Virus record (IMG/VR): IMGVR_UViG_3300008262_006132
Coordinates: 1-64,000 of that record
Strand: one strand, 5' to 3'
Source: an uncultured virus (IMG/VR IMGVR_UViG_3300008262_006132)
Taxonomy: Duplodnaviria > Heunggongvirae > Uroviricota > Caudoviricetes
Length of the DNA stretch: 64,000 nt
The notes under the pieces are model-generated. The model was not told where the DNA came from. It did not search any database and saw nothing but the letters and a program-made list of their open reading frames with translations. The position numbers were made by a program, and so were the translations under genes. Below, piece after piece: positions 1 through 10,620 of the stretch. Each line of letters opens with the position of its first letter. Positions within the stretch are counted from its first letter, which is position 1.

Positions 1-1
1 T

Positions 2-577
2 TTTATTAAAGAAAAAATATTAAATGTACTTAATACATTCTTGGTAAAGGCCGCTCAGATTGGATTTAAAGTTATAGAAAAGTTCAAAACTATATTTACC
101 TGGATTATAAATACAGTCTCTAAGTGGAAAGAAAAACACCCAGTACTTTATAAAGTTATTTTAATAACACTAATTACTATAATTCTACTTATGGTTTCTG
201 CATCATCTGCTTATGCTCAATCAACAGGAAAACCAGTTGAACCAGCACAGATTAATGTTGCTATTGGTTGGTTGGAACTCTTAAAGGGTAAAACAGATAT
301 CGATGTAATTGAAGTCAACAAAGCTATAGCACACTTAATTGATCTTAAAGATGGAACTATTGAAATAACTGAACTTGGGGATAAGGCTATACAAATAGCG
401 GATTCTGCTCTTGAGACATCTGGTAAGATGATTGACGAGGCTAAAACTGGACTAGATAAAGGAGATGAAAGTATCGCAAAAATGTGCCTTAATTTGATGG
501 AAAAAGGTTCACAGTACGTATCAGCATTTTACAGTAAAATTCAAGATACCGAGACAGTAAAATTAACAATGAAATGA
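2..577 (+). CDS. Hypothetical protein with internal hydrophobic/signal-like segment, 5'-truncated by window edge
   Basis: Frame open from nt 2; segment VILITLITIILLMVSASSAYAQ. Confidence 0.7.
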   Translation, partial: FIKEKILNVLNTFLVKAAQIGFKVIEKFKTIFTWIINTVSKWKEKHPVLYKVILITLITIILLMVSASSAYAQSTGKPVEPAQINVAIGWLELLKGKTDIDVIEVNKAIAHLIDLKDGTIEITELGDKAIQIADSALETSGKMIDEAKTGLDKGDESIAKMCLNLMEKGSQYVSAFYSKIQDTETVKLTMK

Positions 578-1170
578 TGAGTCAAATAGTTTTTCACGGA
601 GATAAATTTGAGATTTCTCACGAAGAGTTAGACGATATTCTTAAAGAAATCACAGATGAGTTTTTTAATTTAGAATATGAAGTAGAAAGCTCATTACAAT
701 CATCTTTAATATACGATGATGTAAACTCGTTTGTCGTATGTTTTAATGAAAAGATTGAAAATGATGAATATTCAAACGTTCTATACTATCTAGAACCTAA
801 AATATTTAACTTGATTGAATCAATAAATTCACAGTTAAAGGAATTCAATCTCTATATTTCAGCATCAGATTTTGGGCAAACTGACGCATTCTACGAATTA
901 GTAATAACCAAAATTGGCACTACTCCAGTATTTCGACCAAGATATCAGAAGACATTAGAGAACTCTAGTGCAAGTGCCACATCCGGTGGTATGGGAGCAG
1001 TAGCAAGTCCAGGTGTATCTTCAACATCAGTTGCATCGAGCACTTCCGGTAGTGGAGATGTAACTTTTACACTACTTTCAAAACCAAGTCAAAAAATGGG
1101 TGGACCGAGTGAAGTGAGTGATTTGAGATATTTAAAAAAAGTTAAAATTAAAAGAGTCAAAGACTTTTAG
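574..1170 (+). CDS. Hypothetical protein with C-terminal Ser/Gly-rich GMG..GSGD module
   Basis: 198-aa ORF overlapping upstream stop (ATGA); module shared with 56863..57696. Confidence 0.7.
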   Translation: MMSQIVFHGDKFEISHEELDDILKEITDEFFNLEYEVESSLQSSLIYDDVNSFVVCFNEKIENDEYSNVLYYLEPKIFNLIESINSQLKEFNLYISASDFGQTDAFYELVITKIGTTPVFRPRYQKTLENSSASATSGGMGAVASPGVSSTSVASSTSGSGDVTFTLLSKPSQKMGGPSEVSDLRYLKKVKIKRVKDF

Positions 1171-1547
1171 AGACTATTCTCAAAGTATTTAACTAATCTT
1201 GACGCAGTTGAATAATTCGTCGCAATCGGAGTATCAGTAACATTACAAATTCTAAGTAACATTTGAACATCAACTTCGTGTGGATGTGAACTAAGTGGAT
1301 CTATAAAGAATACGACACAATCAATCCTTTTTTCAACAATCATTGCCGCAATTTGTGCATCACCACCAAGTGGACCCGACTTAAATTTGTTAACATCACA
1401 ACCAGCAAATTCAATGTGTTTACCAGTTGTGCCGGTTGCGAATATGTTTACGTTTTTGAAAAATTCTAATCTTTTCATTATAAAAGCAACCATATCTGCT
1501 TTCTTTTCATCGTGAGCAATTACTGCGAAATTTAATTTCTTTGACAT
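1167..1547 (-). CDS. mgsA: Methylglyoxal synthase
   Basis: Motifs IAHDEKK, ATGTTG, SGPLGGDAQI, FFIDPL..HPHEVDV, PIATN. Confidence 0.95.
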   Translation of the reverse strand: MSKKLNFAVIAHDEKKADMVAFIMKRLEFFKNVNIFATGTTGKHIEFAGCDVNKFKSGPLGGDAQIAAMIVEKRIDCVVFFIDPLSSHPHEVDVQMLLRICNVTDTPIATNYSTASRLVKYFENSL

Positions 1548-1604
1548 ATTATACTTAGTTTGTTTATTGGCTTAAGTTTAAAAGAGAAAAAAAATTAAAA
1601 AAAA

Positions 1605-1635
1605 TTTGGTAATTAGAAACTTCACCTTATATTTG
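1605..1635 (+). promoter_or_regulatory. Bacteroidota-type primary sigma promoter (TTTG-N19-TAnnTTTG) for the tRNA
   Basis: TTTG 1605-1608, 19-nt spacer, TATATTTG 1628-1635. Confidence 0.75.
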
Positions 1636-1684
1636 TAATAAGATAATGACACACACTAAGTCAATAGCTTAGTGGATAAAAAAT

Positions 1685-1761
1685 GGTCTCGTAGCTCAGC
1701 TGGATAGAGCAGCAGATTTCTAATCTGCGGGCCAGGGGTTCGAATCCCTTCGGGACTACCA
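1685..1761 (+). tRNA. tRNA-Arg (anticodon TCT) with encoded CCA
   Basis: Acceptor GGTCTCG/CGGGACT, D arm GCTC..GAGC, anticodon arm GCAGA-TTTCTAA-TCTGC, T loop TTCGAAT, 3' ACCA. Confidence 0.97.
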
Positions 1762-1763
1762 AC

Positions 1764-1798
1764 AAAAAGAGACACTTATAAGTGTCTCTTTTTCTTTT
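1764..1798. terminator. Intrinsic terminator, probably bidirectional
   Basis: AAAAAGAGACACT-TATA-AGTGTCTCTTTTT between the tRNA and a convergent gene. Confidence 0.85.
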
Positions 1799-1821
1799 AT
1801 CTCAAAATGTATTAATTTATA

Positions 1822-2181
1822 TTAATCTAAATAATTTATACGTTCAGTTTGGCTAATATTTGAAATAGAATTTATTGTCTTAATTGCAGATTCTTTAGTT
1901 TCATATGTCTCACTTTTTCCGATTATTTCTCCGTTTTTAGCTTTCAATACAAAATAGGATTTGCCGTCTTTAGAGTCTCTTACTTCAAAGTTTGATGAGT
2001 CGCTAGCATTTAATTTTACAGAATCAATTCCAGTTATAACTCCATTTTTATTTTTATACGATTCAGATATTAGTACAATTTCACCGTTTGCCGCTTTTAG
2101 TATAAAGTACCATTCACCGCTAACGTTCTTTTTTACTTCGTATTTGCTTCTTCCAAAAATTGATTTTAATGTTTCAAACAT
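1822..2181 (-). CDS. YegP/DUF1508 tandem-domain protein
   Basis: Two copies of YFxLKAxNGEIxxxSExY. Confidence 0.9.
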   Translation of the reverse strand: MFETLKSIFGRSKYEVKKNVSGEWYFILKAANGEIVLISESYKNKNGVITGIDSVKLNASDSSNFEVRDSKDGKSYFVLKAKNGEIIGKSETYETKESAIKTINSISNISQTERINYLD

Positions 2182-2197
2182 GATTTTAATTTATTTT

Positions 2198-2524
2198 TTA
2201 ATTTAAAATTTCCTCTGCCCATACTTTTACGCTTTCGATATTCATATCGTGTTTAGCAGCTAGATTTCCTAATTTTATGCCTGTGAGTAAATGAAGTATT
2301 GCTCCCACAAATGCCAAAGTCATTGCTGGTATCCATAAGATAATATTTGTCCACATAGAAATTGGAGAAGTTTCACCATCTATAACTGTATCCACAAAGG
2401 CAATTAAAAATGAAATCCCTAGAATCCACTTTATGGCTGGAATTATTTTTCTAAGTTTACTAAACTTATTGTATACTTTTAAGATCACAGATGATTTGAT
2501 ATCATTTTGAAGTTCAATACTCAT
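2198..2524 (-). CDS. Hypothetical membrane protein (2 TM)
   Basis: Two hydrophobic segments. Confidence 0.6.
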   Translation of the reverse strand: MSIELQNDIKSSVILKVYNKFSKLRKIIPAIKWILGISFLIAFVDTVIDGETSPISMWTNIILWIPAMTLAFVGAILHLLTGIKLGNLAAKHDMNIESVKVWAEEILN

Positions 2525-2588
2525 AAAATTTTGGTAATTTTACTGTATATATTCAAAATAAAACTCTTTATTGTCGATTTTTTAAAAA

Positions 2589-3116
2589 TTACTGGTATTT
2601 CTTAAAAGACTTTATTAAAGACTCTACATTAGTGTAGTTGTAACAATGTAAATAATTTTTAAAAGCATCAATTACTTTTTTTGGTTTTCTTGAAGTATCT
2701 TCCAGTAAATTAATGTAATACCCGATGTACAGAAAAAGTTCCTTTTCGTGTATTAGACCACTTTCAATATAGATTTGAAAGGTAGATATTCTGTCAAAAA
2801 ACTTATCAAATATATCTCTAAGATTTGCCTCCCAGAGTTCATAGTTATTTTTCTCACCATGTGTTTTAAGGACTTCTGCAAGTTTTTCATCACTTACAAT
2901 TACATCTTCTCCTCTGATGTTTATTTTTCTAACGTTCCAATCTAATATTTGATAAACTATTTTAGTGTCTGGATCGTTTTGAAAATCTTTAATTTCTTTC
3001 GCTAGAAACTCTGATTTTTTCCACTTTAGACTTTGGATATATTCCCAAACTATTTTTATAAATGTTAAAAGTCCAACAAACGGCAAGAATTTTATTATAA
3101 TCTCAATCGTATTCAT
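2589..3116 (-). CDS. Hypothetical protein with N-terminal membrane anchor
   Basis: ATG at 3116 preceded by TATATA motif; hydrophobic N-terminus. Confidence 0.6.
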   Translation of the reverse strand: MNTIEIIIKFLPFVGLLTFIKIVWEYIQSLKWKKSEFLAKEIKDFQNDPDTKIVYQILDWNVRKINIRGEDVIVSDEKLAEVLKTHGEKNNYELWEANLRDIFDKFFDRISTFQIYIESGLIHEKELFLYIGYYINLLEDTSRKPKKVIDAFKNYLHCYNYTNVESLIKSFKKYQ

Positions 3117-3225
3117 AGAGTATATATCTTTTTTAAATTTTTTTTCAAATTTTTTAAACAAATTATCTCACTTGGATATAATAATTCGTCAAACGATAAA
3201 TTTTATTTAAAATCAAAAACAAAGT

Positions 3226-3501
3226 ATGGTAAATCAAATTAAACCCTTGGGTGACAGGGTTCTGGTGGAACCCGCCCCAACAGAAGAAAAAACATCAAGT
3301 GGTATCATTATTCCTGATACTGCAAAAGAAAAACCACAACGTGGTCGAGTGGTAGCCGTAGGTGGTGGAAAGAAAGATGATCCTCTTACCGTAAAGACCG
3401 GAGACAGTGTACTGTTCGGAAAGTTTTCTGGAACAGAATTTAAATTCGAGGGAAAAGACTACCTCATTATGAAAGAGTCTGATATTTACGCAATCATCTA
3501 A
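3226..3501 (+). CDS. groES: Co-chaperonin GroES
   Basis: [32 protein letters not shown]. Confidence 0.98.
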   Translation: MVNQIKPLGDRVLVEPAPTEEKTSSGIIIPDTAKEKPQRGRVVAVGGGKKDDPLTVKTGDSVLFGKFSGTEFKFEGKDYLIMKESDIYAII

Positions 3502-3510
3502 AAAATCTAA

Positions 3511-5145
<1,635 letters not shown>

Positions 5146-5167
5146 GATTCTAACTTTACAAACTAAG

Positions 5168-5199
5168 AAAGAACCACCTAATGGTGGTTCTTTTTTTTT
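5168..5199 (+). terminator. Intrinsic terminator after groEL
   Basis: AAAGAACCACC-TAAT-GGTGGTTCTTT plus T-run. Confidence 0.85.
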
Positions 5200-5220
5200 A
5201 TAAACCTAATATATAATATT

Positions 5221-5706
5221 ATGAAATTTACAATTTTGAAAGGATCACACTATTCAGACCAATTTTTATATAAGTCTATTAATTTTTTAAATCTAAGTAG
5301 TATACTAACCTTCAAAGTTAATTTTGATAAATCTTGTATCTACAATTTGAATTCACCAGATCAATTGGATATTAATAAACTATTTGGATTCTCAAATGGT
5401 TTTAATCATCATAAGTACTCTGCTAGATTTGGTTGGAATTCAGAGGGTGACAAGATAAATATATTCTCTTATGTTTATGACAGCGGTAAGAGAAAATCAA
5501 ATCTTATATCAAAGATTGAGACTGATAGATACTACAAGATGGCTATAATTGATGATAATACAAATTGGATTTTTGCAATTGATAATTATTGTACGATGGT
5601 TCCAAAATCGGAGAAATTCAAGATAGGATATAAACTGTGGCCTTACTTCGGTGGTAATAACACTGCACCTCAGGATCTTTCAATTAATATGATAGGATTT
5701 GATTAA
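5221..5706 (+). CDS. Hypothetical beta-rich protein
   Basis: 161-aa ORF with TAATATATA upstream; motifs DINKLFGFS, SARFGW, PYFGG. Confidence 0.65.
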   Translation: MKFTILKGSHYSDQFLYKSINFLNLSSILTFKVNFDKSCIYNLNSPDQLDINKLFGFSNGFNHHKYSARFGWNSEGDKINIFSYVYDSGKRKSNLISKIETDRYYKMAIIDDNTNWIFAIDNYCTMVPKSEKFKIGYKLWPYFGGNNTAPQDLSINMIGFD

Positions 5707-5718
5707 TATATAGATAAG

Positions 5719-6141
5719 ATGAAACATCTTAAAAAGTTCAATGAATCTAAATATGATATAGAGTTGTTTGAAGAAATTCTTCAATACGTTAATGATCTAT
5801 CTTTAGATTTTGTAGATTTAGGTTTAGAATGTCAAGTCAAGAAATCTTCACTTCCAGGCTCTGTTTCACCAGAATTAAATCTAAATAGAAGAGCTATTTT
5901 ACCTTATACAATCTTGGTGGAAATCATTGATACTAGTTATGGATTTTCAATAAATCGAGATGAATTTAATTCTATAGTAAAAGCTATCAAAGACTACGTT
6001 GAATCTCAAGGATGTAACTTTTTTGTCTCAAGATACGATGAGCATGAAAACTACTACCTAAATGATATAGGTTATACTACCTTTGATGATTATTTGAAAG
6101 AACAAGGAAACTTCTATGGTTTTGAAATTAGAATATTCTAA
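5719..6141 (+). CDS. Hypothetical protein with CTS-like N-terminus (MKHLKKFNES)
   Basis: TAATATATA at 5704-5712. Confidence 0.7.
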   Translation: MKHLKKFNESKYDIELFEEILQYVNDLSLDFVDLGLECQVKKSSLPGSVSPELNLNRRAILPYTILVEIIDTSYGFSINRDEFNSIVKAIKDYVESQGCNFFVSRYDEHENYYLNDIGYTTFDDYLKEQGNFYGFEIRIF

Positions 6142-6392
6142 TTACAAGTATCACACTCTTCAGAGTCATTTTCCTGTTCTGTATCAAAATCAAATCCTAG
6201 ATTCACAAGTTCGGCCATTACTCCATCTATCATTGACAAGTCAGCTCCATTTTCTTTCATAAACATTTCGAAGTTAGAGGGTGATATCATTTCACCTGCA
6301 GCTCTTTTAGCTTGAAGTTTTGGTAGTAGATCATTTGCAATATCCACTGCTAGATCAAAATCAACCATTTCATTAAATCTTTTTATTCTCAT
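6138..6392 (-). CDS. Hypothetical protein with CTS-like N-terminus (MRIKRFNE)
   Basis: ATG at 6392 overlaps the upstream stop (ATGA). Confidence 0.65.
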   Translation of the reverse strand: MRIKRFNEMVDFDLAVDIANDLLPKLQAKRAAGEMISPSNFEMFMKENGADLSMIDGVMAELVNLGFDFDTEQENDSEECDTCN

Positions 6393-6811
6393 TTTGTTAT
6401 TTTTATTTTTATACCAGATGTTATAAAGTTCCACGAATCTAATTTCATGTGTATATCTCCCATTGAAGCTGAAAATCCTAATTTTCTAAATCTTACCATG
6501 TAGGGTATTAATTTGTCTTTAATTTTATTTGTAAGAAAGTGAGCGGCGTCTCTATCGACTAGACTATCAGTCTGACCTATAGTTCTAATGTCTATGTGTG
6601 CTTCAAATATCTTGCCTCTATAAGGATGTAATGTATTTAATCTAGAAGTCAAAGGTCCGGTCATCTCACTTGTAGATTTGACATCCTCTAAATTCAAATC
6701 ATCAACAATATCACGATATAAATCTTTGATATCATTTAACTCATCTTCGGCAAATGCCAAATCATTTTTTTCCTGACTTTCAAATGATTCATATTTTTTT
6801 ATAAACTTCAT
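6389..6811 (-). CDS. Hypothetical protein with CTS-like N-terminus (MKFIKKYESFE)
   Basis: ATG at 6811 a few nt after TATATATA. Confidence 0.65.
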   Translation of the reverse strand: MKFIKKYESFESQEKNDLAFAEDELNDIKDLYRDIVDDLNLEDVKSTSEMTGPLTSRLNTLHPYRGKIFEAHIDIRTIGQTDSLVDRDAAHFLTNKIKDKLIPYMVRFRKLGFSASMGDIHMKLDSWNFITSGIKIKITK

Positions 6812-6848
6812 AGTGTATATATAAAATAATTTCATATATTTGTAATTA

Positions 6849-7772
6849 ATGAATAACATTGGATACTGTTGTATAAATATTTCGATTAATTCTAATCTAA
6901 GTAAGAAGGATCAAATTTCTGTTAATAGAGGAATGGTTAAAAAGACATTTGAATCTAAAGGTCTGAAATATGTTTCAGAATTAACAATTAAAAATATTGA
7001 TGATCTCAAAAAGATACTAGAGTGGAATCTTAAAAATAATATTTATGTTTATAGGATGTCAAGTGACATGTTTCCATGTTTAGGATTCTATAAAATCAAA
7101 GATTTACCAAACTATAATTTAATATGTAGAAAATTAAAAGAGTGTGGTGATTTTGCTAAGAAAAACTCATTCAGACTATCTTTTCACCCTTCACACTTTT
7201 GTATAATAGCAAGTGAGAATCAAAGAGTCATTGATAATGCTATTGATGAACTTAATAAACATGCTGAAATCATGGACATAATGGGACTTGATCAGACCAC
7301 ATTTTATCCAATTAATATACACATTGGTACTACAAAACCATCACTCACTGATGCTACCCGTAAGTTTTGTGAGAGTTTTCAACTACTTTCCGAATCTTGT
7401 AAGAAAAGGTTAACTGTTGAAAATGATGATAGTCCTAATCAATACTCTGTAAAGTTTCTATATGAAAATGTTTATAAAGTAATTGGTATTCCGATTGTAT
7501 TTGATCAACACCACTTTAACTACGGACCACAAGATCAAACTATGGAAGAAGCTTTAAAACTAGCACATTCAACTTGGAATACAAGATGTCTAACACATAT
7601 GAGTTCTTCGAAACTAATTGAAGATGTTAAAGGTGTTGCAACTGCTCATGCTGATTATATCTACGAAGAAATAAAAACATTCGGATTGGATTTTGACATT
7701 GAAATTGAAGCAAAGGCCAAAGATCTAGCAGTATTGAAATATAGAAAAGAGTTCCAACTTGTAAAATCATAA
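6849..7772 (+). CDS. uvsE: UV damage endonuclease (UVDE family)
   Basis: IGYCCIN, YRMSSDMFP, RLSFHP, INIHIG, RLTVENDD, FDQHH, HADYI, DIEIEAKAKD. Confidence 0.93.
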   Translation: MNNIGYCCINISINSNLSKKDQISVNRGMVKKTFESKGLKYVSELTIKNIDDLKKILEWNLKNNIYVYRMSSDMFPCLGFYKIKDLPNYNLICRKLKECGDFAKKNSFRLSFHPSHFCIIASENQRVIDNAIDELNKHAEIMDIMGLDQTTFYPINIHIGTTKPSLTDATRKFCESFQLLSESCKKRLTVENDDSPNQYSVKFLYENVYKVIGIPIVFDQHHFNYGPQDQTMEEALKLAHSTWNTRCLTHMSSSKLIEDVKGVATAHADYIYEEIKTFGLDFDIEIEAKAKDLAVLKYRKEFQLVKS

Positions 7773-7782
7773 ATACGATACA

Positions 7783-8001
7783 ATGAGTTCAGTATTAAAC
7801 AATTGCATTAATAATGCAAAATCAGATGGCAGTGAAAGAATCTTAAATACAGATGTCTGTATTAGAGTAGTTCATAATCTTTATAATAAGAGTATCGATT
7901 TACATCTAAACTATGATACTAATCTTCAACAGATTATTACACTTAATGAAGAACAGACAATTTTTTTGATAGATGAGTTATTAAAAGAAAAAGAGAGTTA
8001 A
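7783..8001 (+). CDS. Hypothetical protein
   Basis: 72-aa ORF directly after uvsE. Confidence 0.55.
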   Translation: MSSVLNNCINNAKSDGSERILNTDVCIRVVHNLYNKSIDLHLNYDTNLQQIITLNEEQTIFLIDELLKEKES

Positions 8002-8201
8002 AAACTCTCTTTTTTAATTTCTTCTAGAATCCCCTTGTATTCAGATAAAATTTTATCATACAAAGGTTCGTCAAAAGTTTTCATAAGATTAATCATTTTT
8101 CCAATTCCAGAGTCCTTCGGTAATAGTTGACGACTTTGGATTTGTTTCATCTTTGAATAGATTTCACGTTCTAGTTTAATGAGGTCTTTTTCACTGGCCA
8201 T
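7998..8201 (-). CDS. Hypothetical protein
   Basis: 67-aa ORF with TATATTTG on the minus strand at 8217-8224. Confidence 0.6.
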   Translation of the reverse strand: MASEKDLIKLEREIYSKMKQIQSRQLLPKDSGIGKMINLMKTFDEPLYDKILSEYKGILEEIKKESF

Positions 8202-8281
8202 GTTTTGTATTTTTTACAAATATAGTGAAAATAAACTTTGTTTCGAATTTTTGATATAAATAACTAAAAATAAATTATATT

Positions 8282-8635
8282 ATGATCAAAAATCTTTTTA
8301 CTTTAAAAAACTTAGGTTGGCTTTTAACTGCAGTTGTTGTTTATATGCTTGGAATGGCCGGTGTATCTAAAGTTACTGGCTCAGAAGAAATGATACAGGT
8401 GTTTACACTTTTCAATCTTCAAGATTATATGATGTGGGTAGGTGTTGCTGAAATCGTATCAGTGCTCTTACTTATCTATCCAAAAACATCTATGTTCGGC
8501 GCACTCGCAATTACTTCAATTATGTCTGCTGCGATTGGTCAACACCTTTCTTGTCTTGCTGGAGCAGGAGTTATAGCACCTACTGTGATTTCGGTCCTTG
8601 CTTGGTCAGCACATTGTTTGAGAAGATATTGTTAA
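8282..8635 (+). CDS. DoxX-family membrane protein
   Basis: 4 TM; AGVSK, GVAEIV..LLLIYPKT..GA, AIGQH. Confidence 0.85.
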   Translation: MIKNLFTLKNLGWLLTAVVVYMLGMAGVSKVTGSEEMIQVFTLFNLQDYMMWVGVAEIVSVLLLIYPKTSMFGALAITSIMSAAIGQHLSCLAGAGVIAPTVISVLAWSAHCLRRYC

Positions 8636-8652
8636 TTAAAAAAGTTAAAAAC

Positions 8653-9225
8653 ATGAAATTAAAATTCTTAATTTTTATTGCTATCGTTTTAACGACTGTT
8701 TCTTGTAGTAAGAAAAAGAAGACTACCGAAACACAACCTAAACCGGTTGGTGAAGTTGTTATTAATGAGTATTGCTCAGGAGATCAATACTACAGTACAA
8801 AAGATGCATTTCGCTCAACTGCAACTGGTGAGAGCCTAGATAGAGAAACTGCTAAGAAGAAAGCTCGTTCAAATGCTTCATCGGAACTTGCAAAAACAAT
8901 AAGTGCTACTCTTAAAATTGTCGGAGATAATTATGTCAATTCTACTGAATTCAACAACAAAGAAGAAGTGACAGAAACATTTCAAGAAATGGCTAGAACA
9001 GTTGTTGATCAAGAGATCAGAGGATGTGTTGAGATTTGTGAGAAACTTACACAGCGTCCTGATGGTGTTTATGTGAGTTATGTTGCACTTGAACTTTCTG
9101 GTTCTAAAATTGCAGACTCCTATAGTAATTCACTTTCTCAAAATGAGAAGTTAAAGGCAGATTACAATTATGAAAAGTTCAAACAAACATTTGAACAGGA
9201 AATGGAAAAGACAACTAAACGTTAA
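8653..9225 (+). CDS. Lipoprotein, LPP20-like
   Basis: Lipobox TVSC after MKLK and a hydrophobic stretch; GESLDRETAKKKARSNASSELA. Confidence 0.75.
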   Translation: MKLKFLIFIAIVLTTVSCSKKKKTTETQPKPVGEVVINEYCSGDQYYSTKDAFRSTATGESLDRETAKKKARSNASSELAKTISATLKIVGDNYVNSTEFNNKEEVTETFQEMARTVVDQEIRGCVEICEKLTQRPDGVYVSYVALELSGSKIADSYSNSLSQNEKLKADYNYEKFKQTFEQEMEKTTKR

Positions 9226-9229
9226 TTTT

Positions 9230-9257
9230 AAAAACCTCTCAATTGAGAGGTTTTTTT
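9230..9257 (+). terminator. Intrinsic terminator
   Basis: AAAAACCTCTC-AATT-GAGAGGTTTTTTT. Confidence 0.85.
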
Positions 9258-9281
9258 ATTTATTTTTTAATATATAGATTT

Positions 9282-9821
9282 ATGGGTAAAATAAAGAAAT
9301 TCTTAGATTATATAACTGGATATACTAGTTATCAAAGTAAACTTAATAGAATGGTAAACAGAACTCGCGAGTACCAAGCTGGTCCTCAAGTAACTGGTAA
9401 TGGTCAAATGACCGCTGATGAGATTTTGGAAACTTTTTCAATGATTAAGGACTATCTTACTCTCCTAAGTGATACAGCTGGTGTTCAAGTAATCTGGCCA
9501 AGATATAAAAAAAATCCGACAGCTCTTTTGCAAGGCTTAGGGTTGTTTCAATTCGAAACCAATTACTTATCACATACAATCACTAGTTTAAACAATTTTA
9601 TCATTCATGCTCAACTCAAAATATCAAAAGATGTTGATATGAAACAATTTCAGTTAGATTTTGAATCTTGTAAATCACAATTAAAGGCTGAGGATTTTAT
9701 TCTCGAATGGCACAAACCAGAAAATCCGTATCACGTTCAGGAATTAATTGTTAGACATATTTCATGTCCAACATTTGATCAACTGTCAAAGACGGCTAAA
9801 TTTACTCGTCGTTTTGCCTAA
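9282..9821 (+). CDS. Hypothetical protein (MGKIKKFLDY start)
   Basis: TAATATATA at 9268-9276 before ATG 9282. Confidence 0.65.
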   Translation: MGKIKKFLDYITGYTSYQSKLNRMVNRTREYQAGPQVTGNGQMTADEILETFSMIKDYLTLLSDTAGVQVIWPRYKKNPTALLQGLGLFQFETNYLSHTITSLNNFIIHAQLKISKDVDMKQFQLDFESCKSQLKAEDFILEWHKPENPYHVQELIVRHISCPTFDQLSKTAKFTRRFA

Positions 9822-9861
9822 TTATTTAACTTAAATCTACGATTATCGATAGTAAATTATT

Positions 9862-10215
9862 TTACTTAATTCTTTTCTTAATCTCAGACTTTATTTCAGA
9901 ACATTTTTCATATTCTTCTAAAGACTCGTATTCTTTAATCATGTCTTTCAACTGATCTGAGTCGCTAAGTTTTAGTCTTAATTTGAATCTTACTTGATTT
10001 AAATCATTTAAGTCATCACAATAAGAATCTATTATTTTTCCTATAACAAACTTATCGAACTTAGACGTTTCTATAAACTCAGTCCAAGTTTCAATCTCAT
10101 TATCTTTTAAAAATGTTACGATTACATTTACGCAATCATCAACTCTATTTTGAGTATTTTCATTTTTTTGAAAGCTAAATAGTTCGTTAAAGTTTGCGAA
10201 TTTTTTTAAAGACAT
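9862..10215 (-). CDS. Hypothetical protein with CTS-like N-terminus and UVR-like C-terminal helix (EEYEKCSEIK)
   Basis: MSLKKFANFNE; TAATATATA on the minus strand 10220-10228. Confidence 0.65.
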   Translation of the reverse strand: MSLKKFANFNELFSFQKNENTQNRVDDCVNVIVTFLKDNEIETWTEFIETSKFDKFVIGKIIDSYCDDLNDLNQVRFKLRLKLSDSDQLKDMIKEYESLEEYEKCSEIKSEIKKRIK

Positions 10216-10250
10216 GTAATATATATTAATTTTTTTCCTATATTTGTAGT

Positions 10251-10546
10251 GTCAAATGGGAGCTGCCAAAAGCCGACTAGCCAAATGACCTTGAAATCTT
10301 TTTTAAAATCTCAGATAAAACACTGTCCCTAACAGTCTGATTATAAACTGGGATTACCTTTTAGGGAAGGTTGGGCCAATTCAAAATATCTGTGGCACCG
10401 CAGAAACTACAAAGTGACTGACACATAAACTGGTAGTTATAAACAAAGATGTGTTAAAAAGAGAGGTAAAGTAGTGTGAAACTTTTAATCTCAAAATCCG
10501 ACGAAAGACTTACTCACAATAAGTTTCATCGTCGGATTATTTTTTT
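10251..10546 (+). ncRNA. Candidate large structured non-coding RNA of unknown family
   Basis: ORF-free gap, richer in GC than flanks; TATATTTG at 10239-10246; several hairpins; terminal 10-bp stem AATCCGACGA/TCGTCGGATT plus T7. Confidence 0.7.
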
Positions 10547-10620
10547 CACTGATGTCAAAAATTATTAAAATTTACCAAAGTCAATAGGAATAAGGTTTTC
10601 CGAGTGTTATATATAACACT

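Noticed and set aside
10251..10546. tmRNA, RNase P RNA, SRP RNA or a short peptide gene (MGAAKSRLAK)
   Set aside because: No T-arm/CCA, no GAGGAAAGTCC-type or SRP signature seen; the only early ORF is 10 codons and does not explain the structure. An Rfam scan is still needed.
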